Of a DNA stretch of 64,000 nt, positions 1 to 11,754 are shown in pieces; the stretch's first letter is position 1, and every line of letters starts with the position of its first letter. The DNA lies in contig JBAXUE010000004.1 in assembly GCA_037129835.1 (NCBI GenBank), positions 25,638 to 89,637 of the forward strand. The letters are read 5' to 3'. A model generated the notes under the pieces. It did not search any database, was not told where the DNA came from, and worked only from the letters and a program-made list of their open reading frames with translations. This DNA comes from a bacterium (lineage in GTDB: Bacteria > Patescibacteriota > CPR2 > UBA1875 > CAIMLA01). The translations under genes were made by a program, and so were the position numbers.

Positions 1-291
1 AGGGAAACCGTCAAGACCGCCGATGTCTTTCATTACATTGGCGGCATATTCTTGAGATTTTTTAATGCCGTTTTCAAGGGCTGTTTTGATGTCTTTTTCA
101 AGAACATCTAGTCTGTCTATATTTATATCTTCTTTGTTGAGAATAACTTGTTGGATTTTCTGTTCTCCGTTGATAATTATTCTTACAGAACCGGATTCTA
201 CGGTAAAAGTTTCACTTTTCAATTTTTTTTGTATTTCTCGTGCTTTTTTTATAAAATCGAGTTGTTCCTTTGCCTTACCAAACATTGCCAT
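1..291 (-). CDS. ybaB: YbaB/EbfC nucleoid-associated protein; C-terminus runs off the window edge
   Basis: Reverse-strand translation from the ATG at 291 gives MAMFGKAKEQLDFIKKAREIQKKL...GGLDGFP, typical of the YbaB/DUF149 family. It is not in the ORF track because it is open at the window edge. Confidence 0.65.
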   Translation of the reverse strand, partial: MAMFGKAKEQLDFIKKAREIQKKLKSETFTVESGSVRIIINGEQKIQQVILNKEDINIDRLDVLEKDIKTALENGIKKSQEYAANVMKDIGGLDGFP

Positions 292-334
292 AAATATTGC
301 CTTTCTTTATTAACAAGATTATAGCAAAAAAAGC

Positions 335-1834
335 CTATCTAGTATATAGAACTGCCTTTATATTTTTTCTTTCTATTGTTATATTAACCTGCCAATCTTT
401 TAGTGGGGTCTCCTCTATAATCTCATCATTTGGTTTCCCTATTACCCATATTCTGTTCCCCAGGCTATCTAGGACCTCCCTATTTACAACATATTTATCT
501 ACTTGGTCATAAAATAAAGAAGTTTCACCATAACCAATAACGGAATCTGGTATCAGTCTTATGTTTCCATATCCAAAATAATAGCTTCCATCCAAGAAGG
601 TATAAAGGGAACTAGATAAAACAATATCTGATTTTTGTTTGACTGCATTAACTTGATCATAAACCTGTTTCATTTGGTGATTAACGTCAATGTGCATATA
701 CACCACCCCTGATAATAAAATACCCAAAAAGATAGATCCAGTCACTATTCTTATATATTTATTCCCGATTTCCGATATTAAGCAACCCCATATTATAAAT
801 ATTGCTATAGAAGAAAATATAAAATATCTATCTTGATATATCGGTGTTCTTAGCTTTGATAATATTAATACAAAAACCATTGGCATATACCCATAAACGT
901 AGAGGGAGAGAACCGACATTTTTTGTTTATCTTTGATTAAAAGCAGTAATAAACCAGAAAAAATAGCGATAACGGTAATAAACCAATATATGATATCCCC
1001 AAAAATCAATTCATTATATACAAAATCAAGGTGCGAGTATGTAAATAATTGCAAAACATTACTGGGAATTGTTGCTATATTAATCCATTCTGGCTTAATC
1101 CAATAGTCTCCACTTATTCGAGTAACCTGTTTGTATGCGATATAAAACCAAGGAATATACAATATCAAAAGTAAGATGTTTGCCAGCCACCATTTATAAT
1201 CAAAAATGCCCACTACTTGCTTGAAAGATTTTTTCCAATTTAAAGTTAAAAATCCAGGTGTTAACATGGCAAGGATAATCCAGAAGGAAATTATTGCAAA
1301 AAACGAATAATACTGAGTATACATTGCCACAATCATAGAAGGTACAAAGAAATACAAATATTTAAAGTTTTTCTCTTTAACATATCTTATGAAATAATAT
1401 GCCGCTAGTGTAGTAAAGAACGCTATAACTCCATACATTCTTGCTTCTTGACCAAAGCGAATCATAAAAGGAGAAAATGAAACAATCATTGAAGACCAAT
1501 ATGCTGCCTTCTTATTCCAAATTAACTCTACAATCTTGTAGGTTATAAAAACTATACCAATCGAGAAAATAAGTGATAAAAATCTGATCGAAAAAACTGA
1601 GCTACCAAATAATGCTGTCCAAAATTTTGCGATTAAATAGTAACCAGGTGGATGAACATCTCTAGCAGTTCTGGCAATTATTTCCAAAGGGTTATATCTT
1701 ATTAACCACATAGTGTATCCCTCGTCGTGCCAAATACTAGAACTAGTAAGCATGAATAATCTAAGCACTAGGGCGGTAGCCACGGGTATTGACCAAGTAT
1801 GTTTTAAAATAAACGATTTAATTCTGATATTCAT
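335..1834 (-). CDS. GT-C fold glycosyltransferase, family 39/83 (PMT/ArnT-like)
   Basis: 499-aa polytopic membrane protein with an N-terminal WHDEGYT...DVHPPGYY motif typical of dolichyl/undecaprenyl-phosphate-sugar dependent GT-C transferases. Confidence 0.6.
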   Translation of the reverse strand: MNIRIKSFILKHTWSIPVATALVLRLFMLTSSSIWHDEGYTMWLIRYNPLEIIARTARDVHPPGYYLIAKFWTALFGSSVFSIRFLSLIFSIGIVFITYKIVELIWNKKAAYWSSMIVSFSPFMIRFGQEARMYGVIAFFTTLAAYYFIRYVKEKNFKYLYFFVPSMIVAMYTQYYSFFAIISFWIILAMLTPGFLTLNWKKSFKQVVGIFDYKWWLANILLLILYIPWFYIAYKQVTRISGDYWIKPEWINIATIPSNVLQLFTYSHLDFVYNELIFGDIIYWFITVIAIFSGLLLLLIKDKQKMSVLSLYVYGYMPMVFVLILSKLRTPIYQDRYFIFSSIAIFIIWGCLISEIGNKYIRIVTGSIFLGILLSGVVYMHIDVNHQMKQVYDQVNAVKQKSDIVLSSSLYTFLDGSYYFGYGNIRLIPDSVIGYGETSLFYDQVDKYVVNREVLDSLGNRIWVIGKPNDEIIEETPLKDWQVNITIERKNIKAVLYTR

Positions 1835-3362
1835 AATAAAGAACTGTTTTCCTGTCTATTTTTGAAAATACTGGTTGAAAGTAAGTGTTAAAACCGTTTT
1901 CTTTAAGTTTCGCTTGTGTTTCATAAAGCCAGCTTTTTGTTACAAAAATTTTGTTATTTGATTGCGCAAGCACTATTTGATCTGCGTCGCGAGGTTCAAA
2001 TCTTTTCCATTTATGTTGAGTAGAATGAGTAATAAATTCGACTGTTTTGGTCCCATATTCCCCCACTATAAGAATATTATTACGATTGGGTGATGCAGAA
2101 TTAATATCATTAGCAATCGATACCATGTCTTCAGAGTAGGCTTCGCCAGCTTCTACCATTGTAGGAAATACCATAAAATATTTATAATATCCAAAAACTG
2201 AAGATACGGCAAGTAGTCCGATAAAAATATATGTCGTATACTTTTCGGCTTTTAATTTTACAATTAACCAATTTACGGCAATACCAACACAGATAAATAC
2301 TACAGGTATTATTCCCACAATTCTAAGAGCGTGGGGTATACCTTCCGCAGTTAGTAATTCTGGTAGAGAAAGAGCCCCAGCCCACATTAATAAAAGAAAG
2401 TTTTCAATCTTATTAATTTTAAAAATAACCAAAACGACTCCAACCCAAAATAATATACCCACTATTGGGTCTAACATGGGCCAGCCCCCAAGGTTATGTC
2501 GAAAATTTTCATCACCATGGACATTGAGCATAAGAGCTGTTTTCTGTACCCCGTTTATAAAAGTCATGGCTGGATTGCCACCATTTAAATCTTGGTTAAA
2601 AATACTTGTAGACGATCTTCCGGCTATATCTTCGGGAACATTATAAAAATGAATAAACATTGGTATCATCACGATTAAAAACGCAACCCCCATCCAGGAT
2701 ATATTCTTCCAGTATTTTGATATAAATTTTTTGTCTTTGAATAATATGAATATAAGTAGCGCAAATAATACAAGCGGGGCCATTCTAAATGATAGATATG
2801 TGTAACAGCCGAGTGCTAATGTAATACCAGTCGCTAAATAATATTTAAGTTTTCCCTCTCGGTAAGCTTTAATAAAAAAGTAAAAAAGAAAAATTAAAGC
2901 TAGTGGTGCCATAATTGCCCTAAAGCCGTTTCTACTAAACTGAATGTGCCAAGCACTTACTGCTAGAGCGGTAGCAGCGAAGAGTCCAACATTTTTGTTG
3001 TACATCTCCTTTCCAAGAAGATATATCGCCCAAACAGTAATAACTCCTATAATTGCCGGCGCGATTCTAAGAGAAAGAGGCGTATAGTTTATTGCTGTAA
3101 TATTTAATAGATTACCCAACCAGACAAAAATCCCCTGTAAATATAGGAATAAGGCTTCTCGGGGTCCATTAGTATCGTAAATGGCAGCAAACCTTCCTTT
3201 TTCTATCATGCTAATAATATCTAAGCCATTTGCAGCCTCATCGGGGTGTAGGCCTGGCGGCAGTGATGCTAGTTTATAAAAACGTAGTGATGTTGCTATA
3301 ATTAAAACTACTATTAGTTGCCAATTGTGTTTAAACCATTTAGCCATATCGCCCCATTTCAA
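1818..3362 (-). CDS. GT-C fold glycosyltransferase (ArnT/PMT-like), tandem paralog
   Basis: 514 aa with LPPGLHPDEAANGLD near the N-terminus and many TM segments. It overlaps the neighbouring paralog by 17 nt. Confidence 0.6.
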   Translation of the reverse strand: MKWGDMAKWFKHNWQLIVVLIIATSLRFYKLASLPPGLHPDEAANGLDIISMIEKGRFAAIYDTNGPREALFLYLQGIFVWLGNLLNITAINYTPLSLRIAPAIIGVITVWAIYLLGKEMYNKNVGLFAATALAVSAWHIQFSRNGFRAIMAPLALIFLFYFFIKAYREGKLKYYLATGITLALGCYTYLSFRMAPLVLFALLIFILFKDKKFISKYWKNISWMGVAFLIVMIPMFIHFYNVPEDIAGRSSTSIFNQDLNGGNPAMTFINGVQKTALMLNVHGDENFRHNLGGWPMLDPIVGILFWVGVVLVIFKINKIENFLLLMWAGALSLPELLTAEGIPHALRIVGIIPVVFICVGIAVNWLIVKLKAEKYTTYIFIGLLAVSSVFGYYKYFMVFPTMVEAGEAYSEDMVSIANDINSASPNRNNILIVGEYGTKTVEFITHSTQHKWKRFEPRDADQIVLAQSNNKIFVTKSWLYETQAKLKENGFNTYFQPVFSKIDRKTVLYYEYQN

Positions 3363-4267
3363 TCCCAGTTAAGGATGTCTTCTTCAATATTTATATTAAT
3401 ATTCTTTTTCACTTTATTTTTTGAATATTTGCCGCTAAGCAAATTCCACTGAACGGTAAATATATCTTTAAAAGAGTAGAAGGTGTCCCTTATGGGATTT
3501 GGGATTGCCGTAGCAGCCGAATCAAACCAATAAACAGGAACCTCAATAGTCCTTAGTTTGTATTTTTGAGCTATTGCACAGTATTCTGTGTCGAAGCCAA
3601 AACCATGATCTTTGCCTGTGACGGCATTGCCATATATAGTTTGCAAACCAGCTAATAATCTAGCGACGTTTTTCCTATATAGCTTAAACCCACATCGCTG
3701 ATCAATATAGCTTTGATTTAATAGAACCGTAAACGCTAAATTACCACCACGTGATATAAATTGCCGTACCCTGCCCTGTTTACCGACCGCTTGATAGTCT
3801 TTCGAGTGTCCGAAGACAAGGACCTCAAATACACTTTTTATGCCATGGAATACCCCTGCAAAATAGTTTGGATTATAGGGTTTCGCCTCTTTGATATATC
3901 TTGAGCCCATCACTATATCGTATTTATTGATAAATGGGAGTAACCTATCTATTTCCTTGATTGGAGTAGAGCTGTCTGCGTCCATAAACATAACAAATTT
4001 ACCTTTTGCAACGGCAATACCATCGTGGATTCCTTGGCCCTTGCCACCACGATTATCCGTCGGCTCAGTGTATTCAAAGTGCTCTATAGCTTTTGCATAC
4101 TTTTTGGCTAAATCCAGACTACCATCAGTACTATGTGTGTCAGAAAATATAACCTGAGTCTTAAATGAAGCTTTGTTGGTATAATCAACTATTTCTTTAA
4201 TTGTTTTTTCCAATACTTTGGCTTGATTTTTAAATGGGACGATTATGCTTAAATATATTTCTTCCAA
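3359..4267 (-). CDS. GT2 polyprenol-phosphate sugar synthase (DPM1/GtrB/ArnC-like)
   Basis: IIVPFKN...FSDTHSTDGS...FMDADSS (DXD) pattern of family-2 glycosyltransferases that charge polyprenol-phosphate. Confidence 0.75.
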   Translation of the reverse strand: MEEIYLSIIVPFKNQAKVLEKTIKEIVDYTNKASFKTQVIFSDTHSTDGSLDLAKKYAKAIEHFEYTEPTDNRGGKGQGIHDGIAVAKGKFVMFMDADSSTPIKEIDRLLPFINKYDIVMGSRYIKEAKPYNPNYFAGVFHGIKSVFEVLVFGHSKDYQAVGKQGRVRQFISRGGNLAFTVLLNQSYIDQRCGFKLYRKNVARLLAGLQTIYGNAVTGKDHGFGFDTEYCAIAQKYKLRTIEVPVYWFDSAATAIPNPIRDTFYSFKDIFTVQWNLLSGKYSKNKVKKNININIEEDILNWD

Positions 4268-4281
4268 AAAATCCCTCCGAA

Positions 4282-5517
4282 TTATTTTTTAATTATTGTA
4301 ATGCTATTAGTAAACTGACTTCTAATTGTGTTACTACCCAACCAACCTAAAAAAAACTTTTGATAATTATAATAAACCGATAAAAAAACGAATAATGAAA
4401 AAACCAAGGTCATAATTAGTCTAGCATTTTTGTTATATGGAAATGTTTTAGTCCAACTAGTTAATAAGTAGTCAAACAACAATGCCGAAAATATATAAAT
4501 TGTAGGTAAAACTATTAATAGATAGTCAAATATCTGTTTACCGGAAAGAGAAATAATAACAAGCCCAAATAATAGCCACATTAAAAGAAATTGATGCTTT
4601 CTTTTGCCCGCATGAAAGAAGGCATATATGATGCCGCAAATTGCACTTACTGCCAAGAAAGGATCTAATATAGGCTCAGAACCAACATTATATGGTGTAG
4701 CATAAATGGAATTTCCCATAAGCGCCAGAACGTTGTTACCGATGTTTTGAGAAAATAACAGAAAAGAACCTGGGGTTACTATGTAGCTAATATTAGAATA
4801 AAAATCAGGTAAAAAAACAATGTAGATAACTGCCGAAATCATAATCGGTAGAATCAAAAAGAGAAGTTCATAGACAAACATACTTATAAACTTTGTATTT
4901 TTCAACATTATCACAAAAGCAACAACGGCAAGTAGGGCTCCTGACAGAACAAATATCGGGGAAGTGAAGATTCCAAGTGCAGAAACCAGGCCTGCCAGCA
5001 AAAACAGATATTTCTTTTTATCCCTAAAGGCATATGTTAATAACAGTAAAATTAAAAACTGCAATAGAACTATTATTCCAATTTCACTAACTATCCGAGA
5101 AAATATAATAATTGGTGCGCTTGTAGCCATAAATAAAGTCGAAAGTATCGCAACCTGTTTATTAAACCAAGTTCTTACGAATAAGAAAAATACTACCAGA
5201 AGAGATATCATAATTATCACGTTTAAAAGTCTGTATGTTGACACATCATATCCAGAAAGGAAAATCAGACTCGATTGAAGATAGACATATAGGGCGCGGT
5301 AAATCTCCTTTTGCTGAATGATCCAAGAATTATTAATAACTTTCGTAAAAACAGCCAGATTGGTTTTTTCCATAATAGAAAAACCATGAAATGCACCTAC
5401 ATTCCAGATGCGCCATAAAGAACCGATCGTGATAATTAATACAGTGAGGATCCCAAACTGATTGCGCTCAGAGTAGCTTGATATATTATTGTATATACTT
5501 TTTAAATTCATCTTCAC
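4282..5517 (-). CDS. Polytopic membrane protein, possibly a third GT-C type transferase
   Basis: 411 aa with more than 10 predicted TM helices in the same cluster. No diagnostic motif was recognised. Confidence 0.3.
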   Translation of the reverse strand: MKMNLKSIYNNISSYSERNQFGILTVLIITIGSLWRIWNVGAFHGFSIMEKTNLAVFTKVINNSWIIQQKEIYRALYVYLQSSLIFLSGYDVSTYRLLNVIIMISLLVVFFLFVRTWFNKQVAILSTLFMATSAPIIIFSRIVSEIGIIVLLQFLILLLLTYAFRDKKKYLFLLAGLVSALGIFTSPIFVLSGALLAVVAFVIMLKNTKFISMFVYELLFLILPIMISAVIYIVFLPDFYSNISYIVTPGSFLLFSQNIGNNVLALMGNSIYATPYNVGSEPILDPFLAVSAICGIIYAFFHAGKRKHQFLLMWLLFGLVIISLSGKQIFDYLLIVLPTIYIFSALLFDYLLTSWTKTFPYNKNARLIMTLVFSLFVFLSVYYNYQKFFLGWLGSNTIRSQFTNSITIIKK

Positions 5518-5592
5518 TATTTTACCAGACTGTGCTCGAAATAGCTAAAAGTTCAATCTTTATGGCAATCCATGATCTACTCATTTGAACAT

Positions 5593-6258
5593 TTATTTAT
5601 CTTTAAATACCCAGAACTTATATAAAGTAAAGTTAAAAATCATTGCGGTTAGTGAGCCAGCAACAGTGGCAATATTCGCCCAACCAATACCATTAATGTT
5701 GTCAATAAAGCTTGGTCCTATATTCGAAATAGTTGTTGCAATAGTTACATTAATTAACAATCCGAGAAGTGTGGCGATCGCGAATTTAGATATTTCACTA
5801 CCTTCTTTTTGCTTCTTGGAACCATAAAAAACCCATAACTTGCTCCAAAAAAAACTATTTGTTGCTGCCACTAAGAAAGATATCCCTTTGAATAAAATAA
5901 AATATATACCTGCGTTCTGACCAGTTATAATAATTAGTATATTTACTATTCCGATATCGACTAGCCAGTTCAGTCCACCAGCTTCACCAAACTTTAAAAA
6001 CTTATATAAAACTGGTGCAAACATTCCAAGCAAACGGCCTACTAAAATGCCAGTCATGCATATAAATACAAAAAAAGAAAAAATTACTACTGGATTGAGG
6101 TATACTCCAAAATATACTTGATTTATAAATCCCAGGCTTTTAGCTACAAATACTGCAAAAAAACCAGCAATTGCACCAAGCACTGTTGCGGCTGCTAAAT
6201 CTTGATAAAAAGGCATCATTCTAAGTTTATTATTTTCTGAAGACATACTTACCCTCAC
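5593..6258 (-). CDS. GtrA-family membrane protein (polyprenol-P-sugar flippase family)
   Basis: Four-TM protein with KFGxxGGLNWLVD...NFTLYKFWVF, characteristic of GtrA. The true start is probably an internal Met. Confidence 0.55.
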   Translation of the reverse strand: MRVSMSSENNKLRMMPFYQDLAAATVLGAIAGFFAVFVAKSLGFINQVYFGVYLNPVVIFSFFVFICMTGILVGRLLGMFAPVLYKFLKFGEAGGLNWLVDIGIVNILIIITGQNAGIYFILFKGISFLVAATNSFFWSKLWVFYGSKKQKEGSEISKFAIATLLGLLINVTIATTISNIGPSFIDNINGIGWANIATVAGSLTAMIFNFTLYKFWVFKDK

Positions 6259-6302
6259 TACATACTTAGATTATTATATTGCACCAACGGGCGGACGTCT
6301 AG

Positions 6303-7655
6303 CTATATTTTCTGATTGCTTTGATGTTTTTTCTCTATGCTGGTAAATAACATTTGTTCTGGTTTGAAATATAATTCGATCTGTCCAATCGGCCCGTTTC
6401 TGTGTTTTCTGATTAACACATCTGCAATATTCTTTCTTTCTGAGTCTTTATCATAATAATCATCGCGATAGATAAACATAACTACATCAGCATCTTGTTC
6501 TATAGAACCAGATTCACGCAAGTCGGCAAGTTGTGGAATGCGGCTTGGTCTATTTTCAACGGCCCTAGAAAGCTGTGAAAGCGCAATTACAGGTACATGT
6601 AATTCTCTGGCCAAACCCTTTAAAGATCTTGAAATATCACTCACCTCTTCTACCCTATTAGAACTACCATTTCCTTGCATCAGCTGAAGGTAATCAATTA
6701 CAATCAAGCCAAGTCCATGCTCAGATTGCAACCTTCTTGCTTTTGTTCTCATCTCTAAAACATTTATACCGGCAGAATCATCAAAATACAGTGGTGCTTC
6801 AGATAATCGTGCCATTGCCTCCCCAATTCGTTGAAAATCATCATCACTCAAATTCGCATTTCTTAGCTTCCAGGAATCTACATTAGCCTCAGAGGCTAAA
6901 ATACGATCCACAAGTTGTTCTTTACTCATTTCTAAAGAGAATATTGCGACTGGAATACCTTCGTTGATAGCTACATGTTGGGCCATATTGATTGCCAATG
7001 AAGATTTGCCCATCGAAGGCCGAGCCGCTAATATTATTAGATCCGAGGGCTGAAAACCAGCAAGTAAATTGTCTAAATCCTTGAAGCCAGTCGGTACTCC
7101 TCGGATTTTGTCTTTATTTTTGTGTAGTTCATCTAATCTATCAAAACTCTCCGTAAGAATATCCTTTATTGCGATAAAGCTCTCTTTGGTATGTTTTTGT
7201 GATACTGCAAAAATAGTTTGTTCTGCGTGATCTAGAATTTCTGAAATTTCCTTGTCTTCGTGCATTGCGATATCGGATATATCGGCAGAGGCATGTAACA
7301 GTTTTCTTAAAACCGCTTTGCCCGAAACGATTTTTGCATAATGAAGGATATTGGCAGCAGAAGGCACAGAACTTGCTAAAGTTGCAATATAGCTACCACC
7401 GCCAACTATATCTAGCTTTCTAAGCTCTTCTAACTTGTTTGTAAGCGTTATGACGTCAATTGGCTCTCTATGCTCGTATAGAGTAACCATTGCTCCATAT
7501 ATGACGCCGTGAGCGTCTTTATAGAAATCATCTGGAACGACAAGGTCAGCAATTTTAACAATAGCATCTTTATCGAGAAGGATTGCCCCTAATAAAGAAA
7601 TCTCTGCATCGATGTTTTGCGGTGGAATATTAATTCTATTTATATTTTGTGCCAT
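6303..7655 (-). CDS. dnaB: Replicative DNA helicase DnaB
   Basis: 450 aa with a Walker A GKSS motif, LIVIDYLQLM and the C-terminal RecA-like domain. Confidence 0.9.
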   Translation of the reverse strand: MAQNINRINIPPQNIDAEISLLGAILLDKDAIVKIADLVVPDDFYKDAHGVIYGAMVTLYEHREPIDVITLTNKLEELRKLDIVGGGSYIATLASSVPSAANILHYAKIVSGKAVLRKLLHASADISDIAMHEDKEISEILDHAEQTIFAVSQKHTKESFIAIKDILTESFDRLDELHKNKDKIRGVPTGFKDLDNLLAGFQPSDLIILAARPSMGKSSLAINMAQHVAINEGIPVAIFSLEMSKEQLVDRILASEANVDSWKLRNANLSDDDFQRIGEAMARLSEAPLYFDDSAGINVLEMRTKARRLQSEHGLGLIVIDYLQLMQGNGSSNRVEEVSDISRSLKGLARELHVPVIALSQLSRAVENRPSRIPQLADLRESGSIEQDADVVMFIYRDDYYDKDSERKNIADVLIRKHRNGPIGQIELYFKPEQMLFTSIEKKHQSNQKI

Positions 7656-9127
7656 TATTCGATTACCTCCCCACCAAAAATGCCGATTGCATCATCGAGA
7701 AGATCGTCTCTACTGGCCTTATTAGAAACTGGTGTAGCTATTACCATGCTGGAATTTAATATTGCTTGAACTATAATCTTTTCCCCATAAACGCGCTCTA
7801 GTGCGTCTTCGATTAGTTGCTTGTTTTTTCTATCATCAGCTCTTTCTTTGTGCCAATTGGTCGTAAAGTATAAACACACTTTATTCCCATTAAACTCTGG
7901 GCTACAAGACTTTAATATTGCGTGTACCTGAACAGATTTTGCCTTTACTTCGAGCAAAGACTGCTGCCACTTGGTCTTATCATCTGTTTTTAAAACAGGT
8001 ATATTAACCTTTTGATTTTCTGAATTGATTGATTTTTTACTCTCTACGGCATTCACGGTATTTTGCTGTGTTCTAGTGCCAAAATCTTTAGTAAATTTTA
8101 TTATCGCAACTTCTAAAGCAAGTTTCGGCATATTAATATATCTGTAGTCAGACTCAGTGTTTATAAATACATCGATTGCATTAGTGATGTTTTCCAGATT
8201 ATGTGTAGCGTCATCTATAACATCTTCTTCAGAAATCGCCTTTATTGCAAAATCTCTTAAATTGAGAACAATCTCTTTAAACAAATACCCAGGATCATTT
8301 CCGCCCTCGATAATAATACTCGCAAGGTCTATAGACTTTGCAGTTTCTTTATTTAGTATCGCAATTGTGAGTTCGTTTAGAGACTTCTTGTTTCCTGAGC
8401 CAATAAGTTCTTTAACTTTCTCTCTAGAAATTTCACCATCAGAGCCGTCTACAAGTTGATCTAATATGGAAATAGCGTCTCTAAAACCGCCGTCAGCTAC
8501 TTTGGCAATTTCAGCAAGAGCCTCCTCACTGATTGTTACTTTTTCATTTTCTGCGATATGGGTCAGTCTATCGATGATCGCCTTTTCGCCGATCTTATGG
8601 AAATCATATTTTTGACATCTGGATTGTATAGTAGGTAATATTTTATGAACTTCTGTCGTTGCCAAGATAAAGATTGCGTGCCCTGGAGGCTCTTCTAGCG
8701 TCTTTAATAGAGCATTAAAGGATGACTTTGATAGCATGTGGGCTTCATCAATAATATATACTTTGTATTTTAAAGATGTTGGAGTAAATTTTGCTCGTTC
8801 TACTATAACCTCACGGATATTGTCAACTTGGGTATGAGAGGCTGCATCGATTTCGATGATATCAACCGAACGATTATTATTAATATCCTTACAATTAGTG
8901 CAAGTATTGTCCGGGTTACCATCTGTGGAATTTAGACAATTTATAGCCTTGGCAAGGACCCTAGCGGCTGAAGTTTTTCCAGTACCTCTTGGTCCATAAA
9001 ATAGGTATGCATGAGAAAAATTACCATTTTTAACTGAGTTCTTTAAGGTAATAGAAATATGATCCTGACCGAATATTTCATCAAAATTTGTGGGGCGATA
9101 TTTTCTATATAATGCTAGCTTTGACAT
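7655..9127 (-). CDS. dnaX: DNA polymerase III subunit gamma/tau
   Basis: MSKLALYRKYRPTNFDEIFGQ...YLFYGPRGTGKTS...IIDEAHML, the canonical clamp-loader N-terminus. Confidence 0.85.
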   Translation of the reverse strand: MSKLALYRKYRPTNFDEIFGQDHISITLKNSVKNGNFSHAYLFYGPRGTGKTSAARVLAKAINCLNSTDGNPDNTCTNCKDINNNRSVDIIEIDAASHTQVDNIREVIVERAKFTPTSLKYKVYIIDEAHMLSKSSFNALLKTLEEPPGHAIFILATTEVHKILPTIQSRCQKYDFHKIGEKAIIDRLTHIAENEKVTISEEALAEIAKVADGGFRDAISILDQLVDGSDGEISREKVKELIGSGNKKSLNELTIAILNKETAKSIDLASIIIEGGNDPGYLFKEIVLNLRDFAIKAISEEDVIDDATHNLENITNAIDVFINTESDYRYINMPKLALEVAIIKFTKDFGTRTQQNTVNAVESKKSINSENQKVNIPVLKTDDKTKWQQSLLEVKAKSVQVHAILKSCSPEFNGNKVCLYFTTNWHKERADDRKNKQLIEDALERVYGEKIIVQAILNSSMVIATPVSNKASRDDLLDDAIGIFGGEVIE

Positions 9128-9246
9128 TCTTGTTCCTTAAATTCCTATATGATTATACTTAAAATACAACTACATTTCGAGTACATAATAGTCGAATTTC
9201 GAGTATAAATAGTTATTTAGAGGGGATAAGCTGTTTAAAAATGGTC

Positions 9247-10497
9247 TTAAATGTTTAATTCTGCTATTGGTTGGTCCGACCTGGCAACTTGATTTTCAGT
9301 CGGGGCACTAGTGGGAATTGTCGTCGTTGCTTGTGTTACAATCTGCGGACTTTGTGTTACCGGTGATTCTGTTGCCGTATCGGCTGGATTTACAGAAGTT
9401 CCAGGAGAGACATTTTCTAGATCTGGTTTCTTAATGTTGGCCAGATTTTCTTTTAATTTTGCCAGCAATTCCTCATCACTGGTAGGTTGTCCGCCAGGAT
9501 ATTGTATTTGGAAGGAGTTTGAATTGTCAGTTGCTACTGGTGACATTTCCGACTTAACTGGTTCACTCAAACTGCTTGCCGAAACATTTGTGGTAGTTTC
9601 CGGTGGAGGTTGAATCACTTGTTCTTGTGTGTTCTGTGGAGTTACCTCAGAATTACTGTTGTGCGTTATAATGCCGGGTGCTACTGTACTGCTTGACACT
9701 CCGGCTGTTTCTGAAATAATTGCTGGTGCCGCCGTTCCTGTCTCTTCAGTCACTGCAGTGGTCGGTACTAGAATATTTAATTCAGGCTGGCCTTCAATAG
9801 GCTGTATCGGCGGGGTTTCTACTATCGGTTCTGGGACTACTTCTGCGGGGACACTTGCCACCGCTTCGGCCGTTTCTACTACTGGTGGAACTAAACCATC
9901 TGTCTGGGGATTATCCAGAACCACTATCGGTGCTTCCTCGTTTTGCGTTTCTACAGTAACTAACTCAGGTGCAGTGGCACCTCCGGGTATAACATTGTCA
10001 ACTACGGCCCAGCTGGCTTCGTGTTCTTTAGGGATAATGACAGTGACCGCATCTCCTGCAGTTGCTTTATAAAAAGTTACACTAGCTGTGAGTACCTTAT
10101 AGCTCTTACCACCGGCATTTACCGCAAAAGTACCGTCTTCGGCGAGTACCAGAGTTCCGGCGACGCTTTGTCTCTCTACTGGCTGGATTTGTTTGAAGAC
10201 ATAGCTACCGTCAGCGACGATCGTGAGTTTAAGCACATCACCTTCTACTAGCTTTGACTTCGAAGCATAATTTGGTGGGATCTGATATGTTTGGCCATCA
10301 TTTCCGACCATCTCAGAACCATTAAAGACACCCTCGATAACTGCTTCCTCGGGTGGTGTTAAGTTTTCTAATACTTTTTTTGTATCTTTTTCTGGCTTAT
10401 TTTCGCCTATATATTTTCGTAATAAATTTCTTGCTGAATGTAAATTGCCCTCTGCGCTATCGAGTAGCTTCTGTATCTGACGAATACTATCGTCCAT
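9247..10497 (-). CDS. Hypothetical protein with an N-terminal globular domain and a long P/T/V/E-rich low-complexity tail
   Basis: 416-aa ORF. The low-complexity region casts antisense ORF shadows (9311..9613, 9629..10072). Confidence 0.5.
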   Translation of the reverse strand: MDDSIRQIQKLLDSAEGNLHSARNLLRKYIGENKPEKDTKKVLENLTPPEEAVIEGVFNGSEMVGNDGQTYQIPPNYASKSKLVEGDVLKLTIVADGSYVFKQIQPVERQSVAGTLVLAEDGTFAVNAGGKSYKVLTASVTFYKATAGDAVTVIIPKEHEASWAVVDNVIPGGATAPELVTVETQNEEAPIVVLDNPQTDGLVPPVVETAEAVASVPAEVVPEPIVETPPIQPIEGQPELNILVPTTAVTEETGTAAPAIISETAGVSSSTVAPGIITHNSNSEVTPQNTQEQVIQPPPETTTNVSASSLSEPVKSEMSPVATDNSNSFQIQYPGGQPTSDEELLAKLKENLANIKKPDLENVSPGTSVNPADTATESPVTQSPQIVTQATTTIPTSAPTENQVARSDQPIAELNI

Positions 10498-10541
10498 ATC
10501 CCCTCCTAGTTTTTTTTGTTTTTGTTTTTGTTTATTCTATT

Positions 10542-11702
<1,161 letters not shown>

Positions 11703-11754
11703 TTAAATTACGATTATTTTATATACTATAGATTAAATATGGTAAAATCGTCAT

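Noticed and set aside
9128-9246. oriC-like region upstream of dnaX (direct repeat atttcgagta x2, one TTATCCcCT box)
   Set aside because: There is a single imperfect DnaA box and no dnaA/dnaN context. Evidence is insufficient.
9311-10072. Plus-strand ORFs (100 and 147 aa) antisense to the P/T-rich gene
   Set aside because: They are low-complexity antisense artefacts.
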